From assembly GCA_963809045.1 (NCBI GenBank), contig CAWEHW010000004.1, positions 331,816-395,815 of the forward strand: a stretch of 64,000 nucleotides of DNA, in the 5' to 3' direction. This DNA is from an uncultured Chloroflexia bacterium (GTDB lineage: Bacteria > Chloroflexota > Limnocylindria > Limnocylindrales > CSP1-4). Under the pieces are notes generated by a model. That model searched no databases. It was not told the origin of the DNA and saw only the letters and a list, made by a program, of their open reading frames with translations. Below, one piece after another: positions 50,949-61,501 of the stretch. Position 1 is the first letter of the stretch. Each line of letters opens with the position of its first letter. Position numbers and translations under genes: made by a program.

Positions 50949-51446
50949 ATGAGTGATGCCAAACCACCCTTGGTCGGAATCGTCGCGGGCAGCCGATCGG
51001 ACTTCCCGGTCATGGAGGCCGCGATCAAGGTTCTCGAGGAGCTCGAGATCCCCGCCGAGTTCCGTGTCCTGTCCGCGCATCGAACACCCGATCGCCTGTT
51101 GCAGTACGCGGAAGCCGCGCCCGGTCGTGGCATCCGGGTGATCATTGCAGGAGCGGGTGGGGCGGCCCACCTGCCGGGCGTCATCGCCGCCAAGGTGCTC
51201 CTTCCCGTGATCGGTGTTCCCATCCCGACCGAACACCTTCGCGGCATGGATTCGCTGTTGTCGATCGTGCAGATGCCGCGCGGCATCCCGGTGGCGACCG
51301 TGGCGATCGGCAATGCCGCCAATGCCGGCTTGCTGGCTGCGGAGATCCTGGCTCTCTCGGACGACGGGCTGCGTGCGCGGCTCGTGGCCTGGCGCGAGCG
51401 ATTGGCCCAGGCGGTGCTCGACGACCCGTCAAATCAGGACGGCTGA
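50949..51446 (+). CDS. purE: N5-CAIR mutase
   Basis: SAHRTP, AGAGGAAHLPG, DSLLSIVQMP and VATVAI. Confidence 0.97.
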   Translation: MSDAKPPLVGIVAGSRSDFPVMEAAIKVLEELEIPAEFRVLSAHRTPDRLLQYAEAAPGRGIRVIIAGAGGAAHLPGVIAAKVLLPVIGVPIPTEHLRGMDSLLSIVQMPRGIPVATVAIGNAANAGLLAAEILALSDDGLRARLVAWRERLAQAVLDDPSNQDG

Positions 51447-51478
51447 GCCCCGCGCGCGATCACTTCGCTCGACGATTT

Positions 51479-51527
51479 CCCTTGGGGCATAGCCCGAAGG
51501 CTCTCCGACGCCCCTATTCCCCAAGGG
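51479..51527. terminator. Inverted repeat between convergent purE and DUF6498 genes
   Basis: CCCTTGGGGCATAG ... CTATTCCCCAAGGG. Confidence 0.45.
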
Positions 51528-52176
51528 GCATCGTCGCGGAGAGTGGTTCCCGGTGCTCGCGCAGGTGGAACGCCAGGTCCACTCCGGTCTTGAGCGCGAT
51601 CAGGATCAACAGCGGCCCGAGCTGAGCGCCGGTGATCGCCACCGCGAATGCTCCGAAGATGATCGTCAGGTGGAGGATCACCACCCGGCCGTATGGGGCA
51701 CCCATCAGCTGGGTCGCGGTCACCCGCCGTTGTTCTCCACGACGGATGAAGTTGAACAGGTACGAGACCCCGTGGCTGATGAACAGGCCGATCCCGGCGA
51801 TCGCGACGTTGGCGACGTTCGGACCGGCAAGGGCGGTGTTCGGCGTGATGGCCGGATCCAGCTCGCCCACGCTCCCGCCAAACGGGACGAACGTTGGCAG
51901 CGTCAGCACGAAGATGCCGTGCACCAGCCAGAACATGCCGTAGTGCATGACGAAGAAGGGGATGACCCCCAGCTTGCCAAGCCCTGAGACCGCCGCCATC
52001 TTGAGGACGTTGTAGAAGCCGACGATCCCGTTCTCGAGCCAGTAGATGGTCAGGATCGTCCAGATGCTCCAGCCAAACCACAGGACCCCGACGAGGGGCA
52101 CGAGGTTCGCCAGCACCAGGGCGACGACGGCGCCCACCGATGAGCTGACCCGGTACCAGGCGAGCAAACGCTCCAC
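51514..52176 (-). CDS. DUF6498 family membrane protein
   Basis: ANLVPL.G, YWLEN, FF..HYGMF..VHG and PYGRVVILH. Confidence 0.82.
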   Translation of the reverse strand: MERLLAWYRVSSSVGAVVALVLANLVPLVGVLWFGWSIWTILTIYWLENGIVGFYNVLKMAAVSGLGKLGVIPFFVMHYGMFWLVHGIFVLTLPTFVPFGGSVGELDPAITPNTALAGPNVANVAIAGIGLFISHGVSYLFNFIRRGEQRRVTATQLMGAPYGRVVILHLTIIFGAFAVAITGAQLGPLLILIALKTGVDLAFHLREHREPLSATMPLGE

Positions 52177-52272
52177 GCGGCGATGCTAGCGGCTGCCGGC
52201 GCCGAGCGCCGCCAGGCCAATAGTTCCACCGCGGCAATCGGACCGCCGCCGGCGCCGCGAGCGGCGCCCCAG

Positions 52273-53169
52273 TTATGCCTCGCCGGTCGCCGTTGCTCCG
52301 CCGACGCTGACGGTGTGCTCCTCGGCACCCCGCACGAGCCTGACCTCGAACGGCGGCTCGACCGCGCCGAGTGCGGCAAACAGGTCGTCCGCATCCGTGA
52401 TCGGTCGGCCCGCGGCTTCGACGAGCAGGTCACCGGCCTCGATGCCGGCACCGGCGGCAAGACTGCCATCTTCGACGCCGCGTACGAGGACACCGTCACG
52501 CTCCGGCAGCCCCACCGACCGGCGCATCCGCCGCGCGATGTGCGAGGGCGCGACGGCGACGCCCAGTCGCGCTCGCTTCGGTGTTTCGCCGCGACCCAGG
52601 GCATCCACCCGGCCGCGAAGCCCCGCGTTTGCGGGGAGGGCGAGGTAGAACCCTTCGCCGATCCGGTTGGTGTTCAGGCCGACGAGTCGACCCTGCCCGT
52701 CCAGCAGCGCGCCACCGGACGACCCGGGGGCGAGCGGGGCGGTGTGCTCGACGCTGCCTTCGATGCGCCGGCCGCCGGGTCCCCGGAACGCGCGGGCGAT
52801 CGCCGACACGAGTCCGAACGTAATGCGCGAGCCGCCACCGTGGCTTGCGCCGGCGCCGAAGACGGCGCTCCCGATCGCGAGCAAATCGCCATCACCCCAT
52901 TCGAGCGGGGCGGCGGATCCGGTGTCCACCGAGATGACCGCGAGATCGCCGTCGGCATCGACGCCGGCGAGATCGCCGACGAGGCGCCGCCCGTCGGCGA
53001 ACGTGACGGTGACCTGATCGCCACGGAGGTTGTGGGCGTTGGTCAGGACCTTGCCGGCGGCGAGGACGATGCCGGAGCCGCGGGTGCCGCGGCCGATCCC
53101 GACGATGGATGGACCCACCCGCTCGGAGATCGAGGCGACGGCGGTCTGGAGGTCTTCGATGGCTGTCAT
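52273..53169 (-). CDS. S1C (HtrA-like) serine protease with PDZ domain
   Basis: LTNAH, DLAV and PGSSGG triad motifs; C-terminal PDZ. Confidence 0.9.
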   Translation of the reverse strand: MTAIEDLQTAVASISERVGPSIVGIGRGTRGSGIVLAAGKVLTNAHNLRGDQVTVTFADGRRLVGDLAGVDADGDLAVISVDTGSAAPLEWGDGDLLAIGSAVFGAGASHGGGSRITFGLVSAIARAFRGPGGRRIEGSVEHTAPLAPGSSGGALLDGQGRLVGLNTNRIGEGFYLALPANAGLRGRVDALGRGETPKRARLGVAVAPSHIARRMRRSVGLPERDGVLVRGVEDGSLAAGAGIEAGDLLVEAAGRPITDADDLFAALGAVEPPFEVRLVRGAEEHTVSVGGATATGEA

Positions 53170-53280
53170 GGCGTCCTTCGGTTCTCAGTGGTGTTGCGGG
53201 GAGGCATACACTTGTAACTTGCAATCTACTACTGACTACGAGTCGTGACAAGCCCTCAACCCGCCCCTACCATCGATGGC

Positions 53281-53733
53281 ATGCCGGACCCCGCGGCGGC
53301 ACCCCATCCCCACGCGCTCCGTGCCCCGACGCCGCTCGAAGCCGCCCTCGAGCGCGTTGGGGATCGCTGGAGCCTGCTCCTGGTCGAGGCGCTCCTCGAT
53401 GGTGGCCGTCGGTTCAACGAGCTGGCCGAAGCCCTCCCGGCGATCGCTCCCAACATCCTCAGCGAGCGCCTCCGTCGGCTGGAACGCGAACGGATCGTGG
53501 TGGCGACCCCCTACCAGCAGCGGCCGCCACGGATGTCGTACTCGCTGACCGGAGACGGGCGAGAGCTTGCCTCGGCGCTGCGGCTCCTCGCCGATTGGGG
53601 CGCTCGCCGCTCCGAGCGACCCGAACCCCTCCACCACGAGCTGTGCGGCACAGCCCTCGAGACGCGTTGGTGGTGCCCCACCTGCACGGTCACCGTGGCC
53701 GATCCCGGAGCGAGGGAGACGCGCTCCGTCTGA
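53281..53733 (+). CDS. HxlR family winged-helix regulator
   Basis: GDRWSLL, RRFNEL, LSERL and Y.LT..G; C-terminal H.LC...CPTC; palindrome TTGTAACTTGCAA at 53212; start approximate. Confidence 0.9.
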   Translation: MPDPAAAPHPHALRAPTPLEAALERVGDRWSLLLVEALLDGGRRFNELAEALPAIAPNILSERLRRLERERIVVATPYQQRPPRMSYSLTGDGRELASALRLLADWGARRSERPEPLHHELCGTALETRWWCPTCTVTVADPGARETRSV

Positions 53734-53760
53734 TCGAGGGCGCGTCGCTACACTCGATCG

Positions 53761-54195
53761 ATGGATGACGAGCGCTGGGAGCCCGGCATGCCGATCCTGG
53801 ATCGCCAGGCCGCTGCCAGCGACCGAGCAACATCAGCGCTGCCACCGAGCCTGCAGGGCCTCCCGGCCCGCTCGGTACCGGAAGTGGCGCCCACGCCGCT
53901 CCAGCCCTACTACGTCTACCTGAGCGTGATCGTCCTGATCTGCGGGGCGATCGCGATCACGGCCCTCGAGCTCGGGGCACCGTTGTCGAGCTGGCTGGTC
54001 AAGGTGTGCGCCATCGTGGCGGCGCCGCTACTGGTCGTGACCACCGCGGACGCGATCGTCCGGATCTGGCGGTCGGCCTGGGCGTGGATGCCCGTCAACC
54101 CTGGGCGTGGCGCGTTCCGGCTTGCCTGGGTCATGGTCAGCGTGGTTGGGCTCGGTGCGCTCGTTGCGGCGTCGATCGTGGTCATCGTCGCGTGA
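53761..54195 (+). CDS. Hypothetical 3-TM membrane protein
   Basis: Three hydrophobic segments; TACACT 6 nt upstream of the ATG. Confidence 0.7.
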   Translation: MDDERWEPGMPILDRQAAASDRATSALPPSLQGLPARSVPEVAPTPLQPYYVYLSVIVLICGAIAITALELGAPLSSWLVKVCAIVAAPLLVVTTADAIVRIWRSAWAWMPVNPGRGAFRLAWVMVSVVGLGALVAASIVVIVA

Positions 54196-54830
54196 ACGAC
54201 CGCCCGGCCCGCCCGGCCACGCCCGGCGATCGAGGGCCCGATGCACGATCCACGGACATCGCCTCCGGTGGCGGCGTGCCCGGTTGGCTCGCGGCGTCAC
54301 TCAACTTCTGTTCGCGGTGCGGCAGCTCGCTCGAATTCGGCGCGGTCGACGGCGAGGATCGCCATCGCCTGGCGTGCCGGTCGTGTGGCTACATCTCGTA
54401 CGTCAATCCGCGGCTCGTCGTGACCACCATTCCCGTGACCGACACCGGCGAAGTCGTCCTCCTGCGACGGGGGATCGAACCGGGCCGTGGTTGGTGGGCC
54501 CAGCCTGGCGGCTTCCTGGAGGTCGACGAAACGGTCACCGAGGGCGCGATGCGCGAGACGCTCGAAGAGACCGGGCTGATCGTCGAGCCAGGCGAGATCG
54601 TCGGTCTCTACTCGCGGCTGGAGGCGGCGGTTGTCGTCCTCGCGATCGAATCGCGGATCGTCGGCGGCGAGTTCCGCCTGAACCCCGAGGCCCTCGAGAT
54701 CCAGGCGTTCCAGCCCGACGCGATCCCGTGGCCGGGGATCGCGTTCAACACCACGCACTGGGCCCTCCACGACTGGGTCCGGAGCCGGCACCCGAACATC
54801 GAGCCAGACGCACGGCAACGATCGGAGTAG
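54192..54830 (+). CDS. NUDIX hydrolase with zinc ribbon
   Basis: FCSRCG...C..CG..Y.NP and Nudix box GGFLEVDETVTEGAMRETLEETG. Confidence 0.92.
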   Translation: MNDRPARPATPGDRGPDARSTDIASGGGVPGWLAASLNFCSRCGSSLEFGAVDGEDRHRLACRSCGYISYVNPRLVVTTIPVTDTGEVVLLRRGIEPGRGWWAQPGGFLEVDETVTEGAMRETLEETGLIVEPGEIVGLYSRLEAAVVVLAIESRIVGGEFRLNPEALEIQAFQPDAIPWPGIAFNTTHWALHDWVRSRHPNIEPDARQRSE

Positions 54831-54832
54831 CG

Positions 54833-55621
54833 GTGGGGTCCGGCAACGAGCAGATGGTGGCGTTCATCCGTGCCATGCACGAGGCGCATGCCGTGCTCGG
54901 AACGCGCAGCGGGGGATCCGTCCGTCGTGACGATGGCCTCTTGATGGTCGCTGGCCCCCACCCGAACGCCTTGATCGCGAACACGGCGCTCCGAACCAAC
55001 CTGGCTCTCGCGCCCGCTTCGGTGCTTGCGAGGACTCAGGCGCACTACGGCGCGATGGGCTGGCAATTCGACCTCGCCACCTTCGCGGTGCAGGACCGCG
55101 ACCTGGACGAGGCCGCGGCGGCAGCCGGCTGGAGCCGCAACATCGACCTGCCGTGCATGGTCGTTGGCGCTCCCGTCGGCGAGACGCCACCCCCGGACGG
55201 CGTCTCGATCCGCCGCGCCACGCCCGACGGCGACCAGCTGGTCGTCGGCCGGATCGTGGCCGAGTGCTTCGCTGACACGCCCGCCCAGGTCGACGGCATG
55301 CGGGCGATGTTTGCCGAGCCGGCACTGATCGCCGAACATGGCTGGCCGTTCGTCATCGCGTCCGTCGCAGGCGAGGACGTCGCCGCGGCGGCGTCGTTCG
55401 TCCGTGGAGACGTCGGGGTGCTCGGGTTCGTCGCGACGCTTCCCGCCTATCGGCGGCAGGGGATCGGTGCATTCGTGAGTCGGGTCGGCACCAACGCCGC
55501 CTTTCGTGCCGGAGCACGGTTCGTGGGGCTGCAGGCCTCGCCGGGGGGCCGCCCCGTGTATGAAGCCCTCGGGTACGTCACCGTAGGCGACTCGACGATC
55601 TGGGCGCCGCCGGACGCCTGA
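54833..55621 (+). CDS. GNAT family acetyltransferase
   Basis: VATLPAYRRQGIG and LQASPGGRPVYEALGY. Confidence 0.88.
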   Translation: MGSGNEQMVAFIRAMHEAHAVLGTRSGGSVRRDDGLLMVAGPHPNALIANTALRTNLALAPASVLARTQAHYGAMGWQFDLATFAVQDRDLDEAAAAAGWSRNIDLPCMVVGAPVGETPPPDGVSIRRATPDGDQLVVGRIVAECFADTPAQVDGMRAMFAEPALIAEHGWPFVIASVAGEDVAAAASFVRGDVGVLGFVATLPAYRRQGIGAFVSRVGTNAAFRAGARFVGLQASPGGRPVYEALGYVTVGDSTIWAPPDA

Positions 55622-55631
55622 GCCGTGGGTC

Positions 55632-56264
55632 TCAGCCGTCCGAGAACACGATCCCGCCGACGAGTCCGTCGTCGCCAAGCGTCGGTCGCTCGATTGGACC
55701 GAGCCGGAACGGGCGCAGCACGGCGCCAAGCCTCTGACCGTCGCGATCGAATGCCACCACTCGTACCGCCATCGGCGCCATCACACGCGGATCGGGGATG
55801 CCGAAACGGACGAGGAAATGGCCTTGCCGATCGATCGGCCGGACCGTCGCCTCCTGGACCGGATACCAGTCGGTTTCGAGGCTGACCCGGAGCGCTGCGG
55901 CATCCGCCCGGAAGAATCCCTGCACGATGATCTCCGGCGCGGTGATCGTCGGATCGCCCTCGGCCGGGCTCGTCAGGACGATGACCTCGGCGGGTGCGGG
56001 TCTCGCGGGATCTGCGCGGTGCGGCCCGGTCACGGCCGGCGGCAGCGAGGCCATCGGGCTCGGCGCCGTCGCCATCGTTGGCCCACTCGGCGCAGCCGTT
56101 TCCGTGAGCCGCCCGACAACCGCAACGCCGGCGATCCCGACCAGCCCGAATACCCACGCGGCCATGACCGCTCGCGTGCGAGCACCAGAGCCTCGTCGAA
56201 CACGAACGGGCTCGAAGGTCGCTGCCGTCAGTGCCTGCAGGTCGGGCTCGGCGCGATCCACCAT
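55632..56264 (-). CDS. Hypothetical membrane-anchored protein with an Ig-like domain
   Basis: One TM helix, Pro-rich linker, IVLTSP.EG...I.V.G beta-rich domain. Confidence 0.6.
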   Translation of the reverse strand: MVDRAEPDLQALTAATFEPVRVRRGSGARTRAVMAAWVFGLVGIAGVAVVGRLTETAAPSGPTMATAPSPMASLPPAVTGPHRADPARPAPAEVIVLTSPAEGDPTITAPEIIVQGFFRADAAALRVSLETDWYPVQEATVRPIDRQGHFLVRFGIPDPRVMAPMAVRVVAFDRDGQRLGAVLRPFRLGPIERPTLGDDGLVGGIVFSDG

Positions 56265-56278
56265 GCCGCGAGCGTCCG

Positions 56279-57781
56279 CTAGCTCAGGTCGATGTAGACG
56301 TTCTTGGTCTCGGTATAGAGGTCCAGCGCGGCCATCCCGAGCTCCCGGCCGATCCCTGACATCTTGTAGCCACCGAAGGGCGCCTCGGAGTGGACGGAGC
56401 TGTTCGAATTGACGCTGATCACACCGCACTGGAGCGCCTTCGCGGCGCGCAGCGCCTTGCCGATGTCGCGGCTCCAGATCGAGCCGGAGAGGCCGTACGG
56501 CGTCGCGTTGGCCAGGCGAAGGGCTTCCTCCTCCGTGTCGAACGCGATGATCGACACGACCGGGCCGAAAATCTCCTCGCGAGCAATCCGCATGTCGTTC
56601 GACACGCCGTCGAAGACCGTCGGCATCAGGAACGCGCCCGCGGCAAGGGACGGATCGTCGGGTGCGTCGCCACCGAGCACGAGCTCGGCGCCCTCGGCGC
56701 GCCCCGCCTCGATGTACTCGCGGACCCGATCCCGCTGCTTCTGGCTGACGAGGCAGCCCATCTCGGTCGCATCGTCGGCAGGATTGCCGACCTTCACCTT
56801 GCGGGTGGCCGCGGCGAACAGCTCGACCACGCGATCGTGGACGGACCGTTCGACGAGGATCCGGCTCCGGGCGCAGCAGTCCTGCCCGGCATTGTCGAAG
56901 ACCGAATAGGGCGACTCCCGCGCGAACTTCTCGAGGTCGGCGTCGGCGAAGACGATGTTCGGGCTCTTGCCCCCCAGTTCGAGGGAGATCTTCTTCACGT
57001 TGCCTGATGCCAGCCGCATGATCTCCTGGCCGGTGGCGGTCTCACCGGTGAACGCGACCTTGCCGATCCCCGGATGGGCCGCGATCGACGCTCCGGCGGT
57101 GCCTCCTGGCCCGGTCACGACGTTGAGGACGCCGGGCGGTATGCCGGCCTCCAGCGCCAGCTCGCCGAGCCGGATCGCGGTCAGGGGGGAGTAGCTCGCG
57201 GGCTTGAGGATCGCGGTGTTGCCGGCCGCCAGGGCCGGCGCCACCTTCCATGAGGCCATGTAGAGCGGGAAGTTCCAGGGAACGATCAGCCCGACGACGC
57301 CGATTGGCTCCCGCAAGGTAAGGTCGAGGCCCGGCTTGGAGACCGGGATCGTCTGGCCGAAGATCTTGTTGGCGGCGCCCGCGTAGTAGTCGAAGACGAG
57401 ACTCGTCCCGACCACCTCGCCGCGCGAACTGGTGATGGGCTTCCCCACGTTCCGGGTCTCGAGCTGGGCCAGCGCTTCGGTGTTGGCCTTGATCAGGGAG
57501 GCGAGCTTCGAGAGGCTTCGACCTCGCTTGCCGGCTGCCCAATTCGCCCAGCCCTTGGGATCGTCGAACGCGGCCTGCGCGGCGGCAACGGCCCGGTCGA
57601 CGTCTTCCCGGCCGCCCAGCGGCGCGCTGGCAATGACCTCGCCGGTCGCCGGGTTCGTCACGTCGAATGTCTGGCCGTCGGCAGCGTCGACGGTCTCCCC
57701 GCCGATCACCATGCGTGCCATGGTCGGCGTCGTGGTCGCCGACGAAGGCGCCTTGTCGAGCGGTTGTGATTCGGTCGTCAT
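56279..57781 (-). CDS. NAD-dependent aldehyde dehydrogenase
   Basis: PWNFP, FTGET, LELGGKSP, NAGQDCCA, EEIFGPV and PFGGYKMSG. Confidence 0.95.
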   Translation of the reverse strand: MTTESQPLDKAPSSATTTPTMARMVIGGETVDAADGQTFDVTNPATGEVIASAPLGGREDVDRAVAAAQAAFDDPKGWANWAAGKRGRSLSKLASLIKANTEALAQLETRNVGKPITSSRGEVVGTSLVFDYYAGAANKIFGQTIPVSKPGLDLTLREPIGVVGLIVPWNFPLYMASWKVAPALAAGNTAILKPASYSPLTAIRLGELALEAGIPPGVLNVVTGPGGTAGASIAAHPGIGKVAFTGETATGQEIMRLASGNVKKISLELGGKSPNIVFADADLEKFARESPYSVFDNAGQDCCARSRILVERSVHDRVVELFAAATRKVKVGNPADDATEMGCLVSQKQRDRVREYIEAGRAEGAELVLGGDAPDDPSLAAGAFLMPTVFDGVSNDMRIAREEIFGPVVSIIAFDTEEEALRLANATPYGLSGSIWSRDIGKALRAAKALQCGVISVNSNSSVHSEAPFGGYKMSGIGRELGMAALDLYTETKNVYIDLS

Positions 57782-57857
57782 GGTCCGTCGATCATACGCT
57801 CGAACCGGTCGTGGGCCGCCGGCGCAAGCCGTGTGTCAGCGGTGCCGGTACGGGTCT

Positions 57858-59690
57858 TCAGCCCCGATCGCGACCGTAAACGTCCCGGCGCAGGCCGCTC
57901 ACGATGCCGTTGAGCTCGGGACCCGAGACACCCATCCGCTGGAGCGCGTGGCGGGCGAGCTCGAACCCGGCTTCGGCATCAGGGTCAGCGACGCGGCCGA
58001 CGCCCACCTCGCGAAGGATGTCGACCTGCCGCTTGCCCCGCGCCCGGGTGCCGATCGAGAGTCGCGGGTTGATCCTGAGCGCCCGTTCCGCGGCAAGCCT
58101 CGCGGTCAACGGGTCTCCGACCGCGATGATCACGATGCGCGCCCGCTCGAGATCGAGCCGTTTGAGGATGGCCGGGTTGGCGGCATCCCCGAAGATCGTG
58201 ACCGCACCGAGTTGCTCGACCGCCTCAAGACGCCGAGCGTCGCGATCGACGACGACGCAGCGGAAGCCGCGCTGCCTGACGGCCCGGGTCACGACCTGGC
58301 CGATCCGCCCGGCACCCAGCACCACGACCGTCGGCCGGCGAGCCTCGTCGTCGGGATCGATCGCCCGCTCCGTCCGTGACCGCGCGCCGACGCCCATCCG
58401 GGCCGGCGCTCGGGCGACCGGGGCTTCGATCGCGGTCTCGACAACGGCCACGGCGTCGGCGTGCGCCGCTCCGAGCTCGACCGCCCGGTCGGCACGTCGT
58501 TCAGATCGCATGGCGAGGCGCTGGGCAACCTCTCTCGCGACTGACGTGAGGAGGATGGAGACGACGGCCGTCCCGAGGATCAGGTTGTAGGCACGCGCAT
58601 CCAGGATCCCGAGGTCCAGCCCGTCCTCGGCCAGGATGAAGCTGAACTCCCCGACCTGCGCGAGCCCGCCACCGAGCAGCAGCGCCGAACGGATGGGCAA
58701 CCCGGCCATCCGTCCGAAGACCGCAATCGCCCCGCCCTTGACCACGACGGCGATCGCGACGAGCAGGCCGATCAACAACGCGTCGGCGACGAGGGCCGTC
58801 GGGTTCACCAACATGCCCACGGACACGAAGAAGAGCACGGCGAACAGGTCCCGGAACGGCGTCACCTCGGCTGCCGCCTGGTGCGACAGGTCCGACTCGG
58901 AGACGACGATGCCGGCCACGAACGCTCCGAGCGCCAGCGACAGACCGAAGATGGCGCTCGAGACGAATGCCGTGAGCAGCGCGGTTGCGAAGACCGACAG
59001 CAGGAACAGCTCGCTCGAGCCCGAGCGAGCGATCGAGCGGAACAGCCAGGGAAGCAGGCGGGTCCCCAGGACATACGCCAGCGCCAGGAACAGGGCCGCC
59101 TTGATCAGCGCGATGGCCAGTGGCAGCAACGCATCGCCACCGGCGAGTGACGGGAGGGCGACGATGAACACGATCGTGGCGATGTCCTGCACGATCGACC
59201 AGCCGATCGCCGCGCGGCCGTGGAGGCTGTCGATCTCGCCGCTGTCGATCAACCCCTTGAGGACGACGAGGGTGGACGAGATCGACAGGCAGGCTCCGAC
59301 CACGAAGGCGGCCGTCGATCCCGAGCCCAGGCCGAGCATGAGCGCCATTCCGGTGGCGACGATCAGGACGACCTGGGCAACGCCGCCCGGCAGCGCAACC
59401 CGAGCGACCTGGCGCAACTCATGGATCGAAAACTCGACGCCCAGCGCGAACAACAGGAGCACGACCCCGACGTCCGCCAGTGCCGAGATCTGCTCGACAT
59501 CGCCGACGAAACCCGGCGTGAACGGGCCGATGACCACGCCCGCGAGCAGGTACCCGACGATCGCGGGCTGGCGAAGGCGCACCGCGATCGCGCCACCCAG
59601 GAGTGCCGCGGCAACCGCGCCGCCAAGCCCGAGGATGAACTCGAGCTGTTCGGTCAGGGCGAGGGCGGGGAGCTCCGGCAGGTCGAACAT
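57858..59690 (-). CDS. CPA2 cation:proton antiporter with TrkA-N domain (YbaL/Kef-like)
   Basis: GYLLAG..GP, SISST, QD, PFRDLF, QVGEFSF and GAGRIG. Confidence 0.93.
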   Translation of the reverse strand: MFDLPELPALALTEQLEFILGLGGAVAAALLGGAIAVRLRQPAIVGYLLAGVVIGPFTPGFVGDVEQISALADVGVVLLLFALGVEFSIHELRQVARVALPGGVAQVVLIVATGMALMLGLGSGSTAAFVVGACLSISSTLVVLKGLIDSGEIDSLHGRAAIGWSIVQDIATIVFIVALPSLAGGDALLPLAIALIKAALFLALAYVLGTRLLPWLFRSIARSGSSELFLLSVFATALLTAFVSSAIFGLSLALGAFVAGIVVSESDLSHQAAAEVTPFRDLFAVLFFVSVGMLVNPTALVADALLIGLLVAIAVVVKGGAIAVFGRMAGLPIRSALLLGGGLAQVGEFSFILAEDGLDLGILDARAYNLILGTAVVSILLTSVAREVAQRLAMRSERRADRAVELGAAHADAVAVVETAIEAPVARAPARMGVGARSRTERAIDPDDEARRPTVVVLGAGRIGQVVTRAVRQRGFRCVVVDRDARRLEAVEQLGAVTIFGDAANPAILKRLDLERARIVIIAVGDPLTARLAAERALRINPRLSIGTRARGKRQVDILREVGVGRVADPDAEAGFELARHALQRMGVSGPELNGIVSGLRRDVYGRDRG

Positions 59691-59730
59691 TGGCGGCTGG
59701 TCAGGGAGGTCCAGTCACCAACGTCGTCCC

Positions 59731-60585
59731 TCACGCCCTGGAATCGGGCGGAGCGGCAATCAGCAGGGTTGGCGGAGCGGGCCGAGCGACCTCCGTCGAG
59801 CGTTCCATCGCGACGATCGCTGCGCCGATGATCCCGGCGTCATTGCGCAATGCGGCCGCGACGACCGGGCAGCGGACCGTGAGGCGAGGGATGAACCGCT
59901 CGGGCGCCTTGCTGACGCCGCCACCCAGGATCATCAGGTTCGGCCACATCAGCTTGTCGATCCGGTCGAGATGCTCGTCGAGGTCCTGCGACCACGCCTT
60001 CCACGACAGGCCGCGCCGGACGCGGGCTGCCGCGGCCGACCGTCGCTCCGCGGCGCGACCGCGGATCTCCATCTGGCCGAACTCGGTGTTCGGGACGAGG
60101 ACGCCATCAATGAACACACCGGAACCGACGCCGGTCCCGAGGGTCAGGAAGATGACCACACCCGGCTGGTCGCGACCCACCCCGAACCGCATCTCCGCGA
60201 TCCCGGCCGCGTCGGCATCATTGACGATGCTGACCGGGCGAGCTGTCACCTTGCGCAGGCGCTCCACGACGGGGAACCCGATCCAGCCCGCGTCGATGTT
60301 GGCTGCCGATTTGAGCGTGTCGTCGAGGGTGACCCCTGGGAGCCCCACGCCGACGGGCGTGGCAGTGCTCAGGCCGCTCGCCTTCGCGAGGCGCTTGACC
60401 ATCCGGCCGATCGAGGCGATGACGGCCTCCGGCGTGGCGGGGCTCGGCGTCGCCACGCGCAGTCGATCCGAACGGAACCGCCCAGCTTCCACGTCGACGA
60501 CGGCCGCCTTGATCCCGCTGCCGCCGACATCCACGCCGATGGCGATCCGGCCGCTTGCCACGTCCGTGGTGACCTCCGCTGTCAA
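59731..60585 (-). CDS. ppgK: Polyphosphate glucokinase (ROK family)
   Basis: [37 protein letters not shown] and NDAGIIGAA. Confidence 0.9.
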   Translation of the reverse strand: MTAEVTTDVASGRIAIGVDVGGSGIKAAVVDVEAGRFRSDRLRVATPSPATPEAVIASIGRMVKRLAKASGLSTATPVGVGLPGVTLDDTLKSAANIDAGWIGFPVVERLRKVTARPVSIVNDADAAGIAEMRFGVGRDQPGVVIFLTLGTGVGSGVFIDGVLVPNTEFGQMEIRGRAAERRSAAAARVRRGLSWKAWSQDLDEHLDRIDKLMWPNLMILGGGVSKAPERFIPRLTVRCPVVAAALRNDAGIIGAAIVAMERSTEVARPAPPTLLIAAPPDSRA

Positions 60586-60598
60586 CCCGGTCTCCCGC

Positions 60599-61366
60599 TC
60601 AGAAGTAGTTCACGGTGATGCCGCCGTCCACGACCAGCGACGCGCCATTCGTCCAGCGTGACTCATCCGAGGCGAGATAGATCGCCAGCTGCACGATCTC
60701 CTCGGGTTTCCCAAATCGGCCCGTCGGGTTGCGCGCCAGGCGAAGCTGCTTCGCGGCTTCGTCCTTGACCAGCCAGTCCATGAGGAGCGGTGTCTCGACT
60801 GGCCCTGGGCAGATGGCATTCGTCCGGATGCCATTGGGTCCGAACTGCACGGCGAGGCTGCGCGTCAACGAAAGGACCGCGCCCTTCGAAGCCGTGTAGG
60901 CATCCTGCGGCACGCTGCAACCGAGGATCGCGACGAAGCTCGCGATGTTGATGATCGAACCGCCGCCCGCCGCGATCATCGCGGGGACCGCGTACTTGCA
61001 ACCCAGGAAGACACCGCGGACGTTGACGGCCATGACCGCATCCCAGGTCGCGACGTCGGTGTCGGTGACGGAGTGGTCCGCTTCGGGCATCACGCCGGCG
61101 TTGTTGTAGAGGCAGTCCAGCCGCCCGTACGTCGCGACGGCATGATCGACCATCGCCTTCGCGTCGGCTTCGCTCGACACGTCCGTTCGGACAAAGGTCG
61201 CGTCACCACCGGCCGCGCGAACGAGCTCGACGGTTTCCGTCCCGGCCCCTTCGCCGTACTCGGCAACCACGACCTTCGCGCCCTGCGCGGCGAACAACTG
61301 GGCCGCGACCCGACCCATGCCGCCACCGGCGCCGGTGATGATCGTGACCTTGCCATCGAGTCGCAT
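60599..61366 (-). CDS. SDR oxidoreductase of the glutamylation cluster
   Basis: [23 protein letters not shown] and [10 protein letters not shown]. Confidence 0.93.
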   Translation of the reverse strand: MRLDGKVTIITGAGGGMGRVAAQLFAAQGAKVVVAEYGEGAGTETVELVRAAGGDATFVRTDVSSEADAKAMVDHAVATYGRLDCLYNNAGVMPEADHSVTDTDVATWDAVMAVNVRGVFLGCKYAVPAMIAAGGGSIINIASFVAILGCSVPQDAYTASKGAVLSLTRSLAVQFGPNGIRTNAICPGPVETPLLMDWLVKDEAAKQLRLARNPTGRFGKPEEIVQLAIYLASDESRWTNGASLVVDGGITVNYF

Positions 61367-61501
61367 CGAATCCCTCTCTCCGCCGCTCGGCCGCCGCCGC
61401 TGTGACCGTCAGAGTAACGTCCGCCAAAGCAGGTCGCGCGACGTCCGGCTGCCAGGTTCGGGCGATACTTGGCGCGAGCAGCGCCGTCCGAAGGAGCAGG
61501 C

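Noticed and set aside
58636-60618. Long antisense ORFs (this one, 25187..27241, 23865..25661, 1463..3457 and others)
   Set aside because: Shadow frames of high-GC genes with Arg/Pro/Ser-rich composition and no recognisable domains
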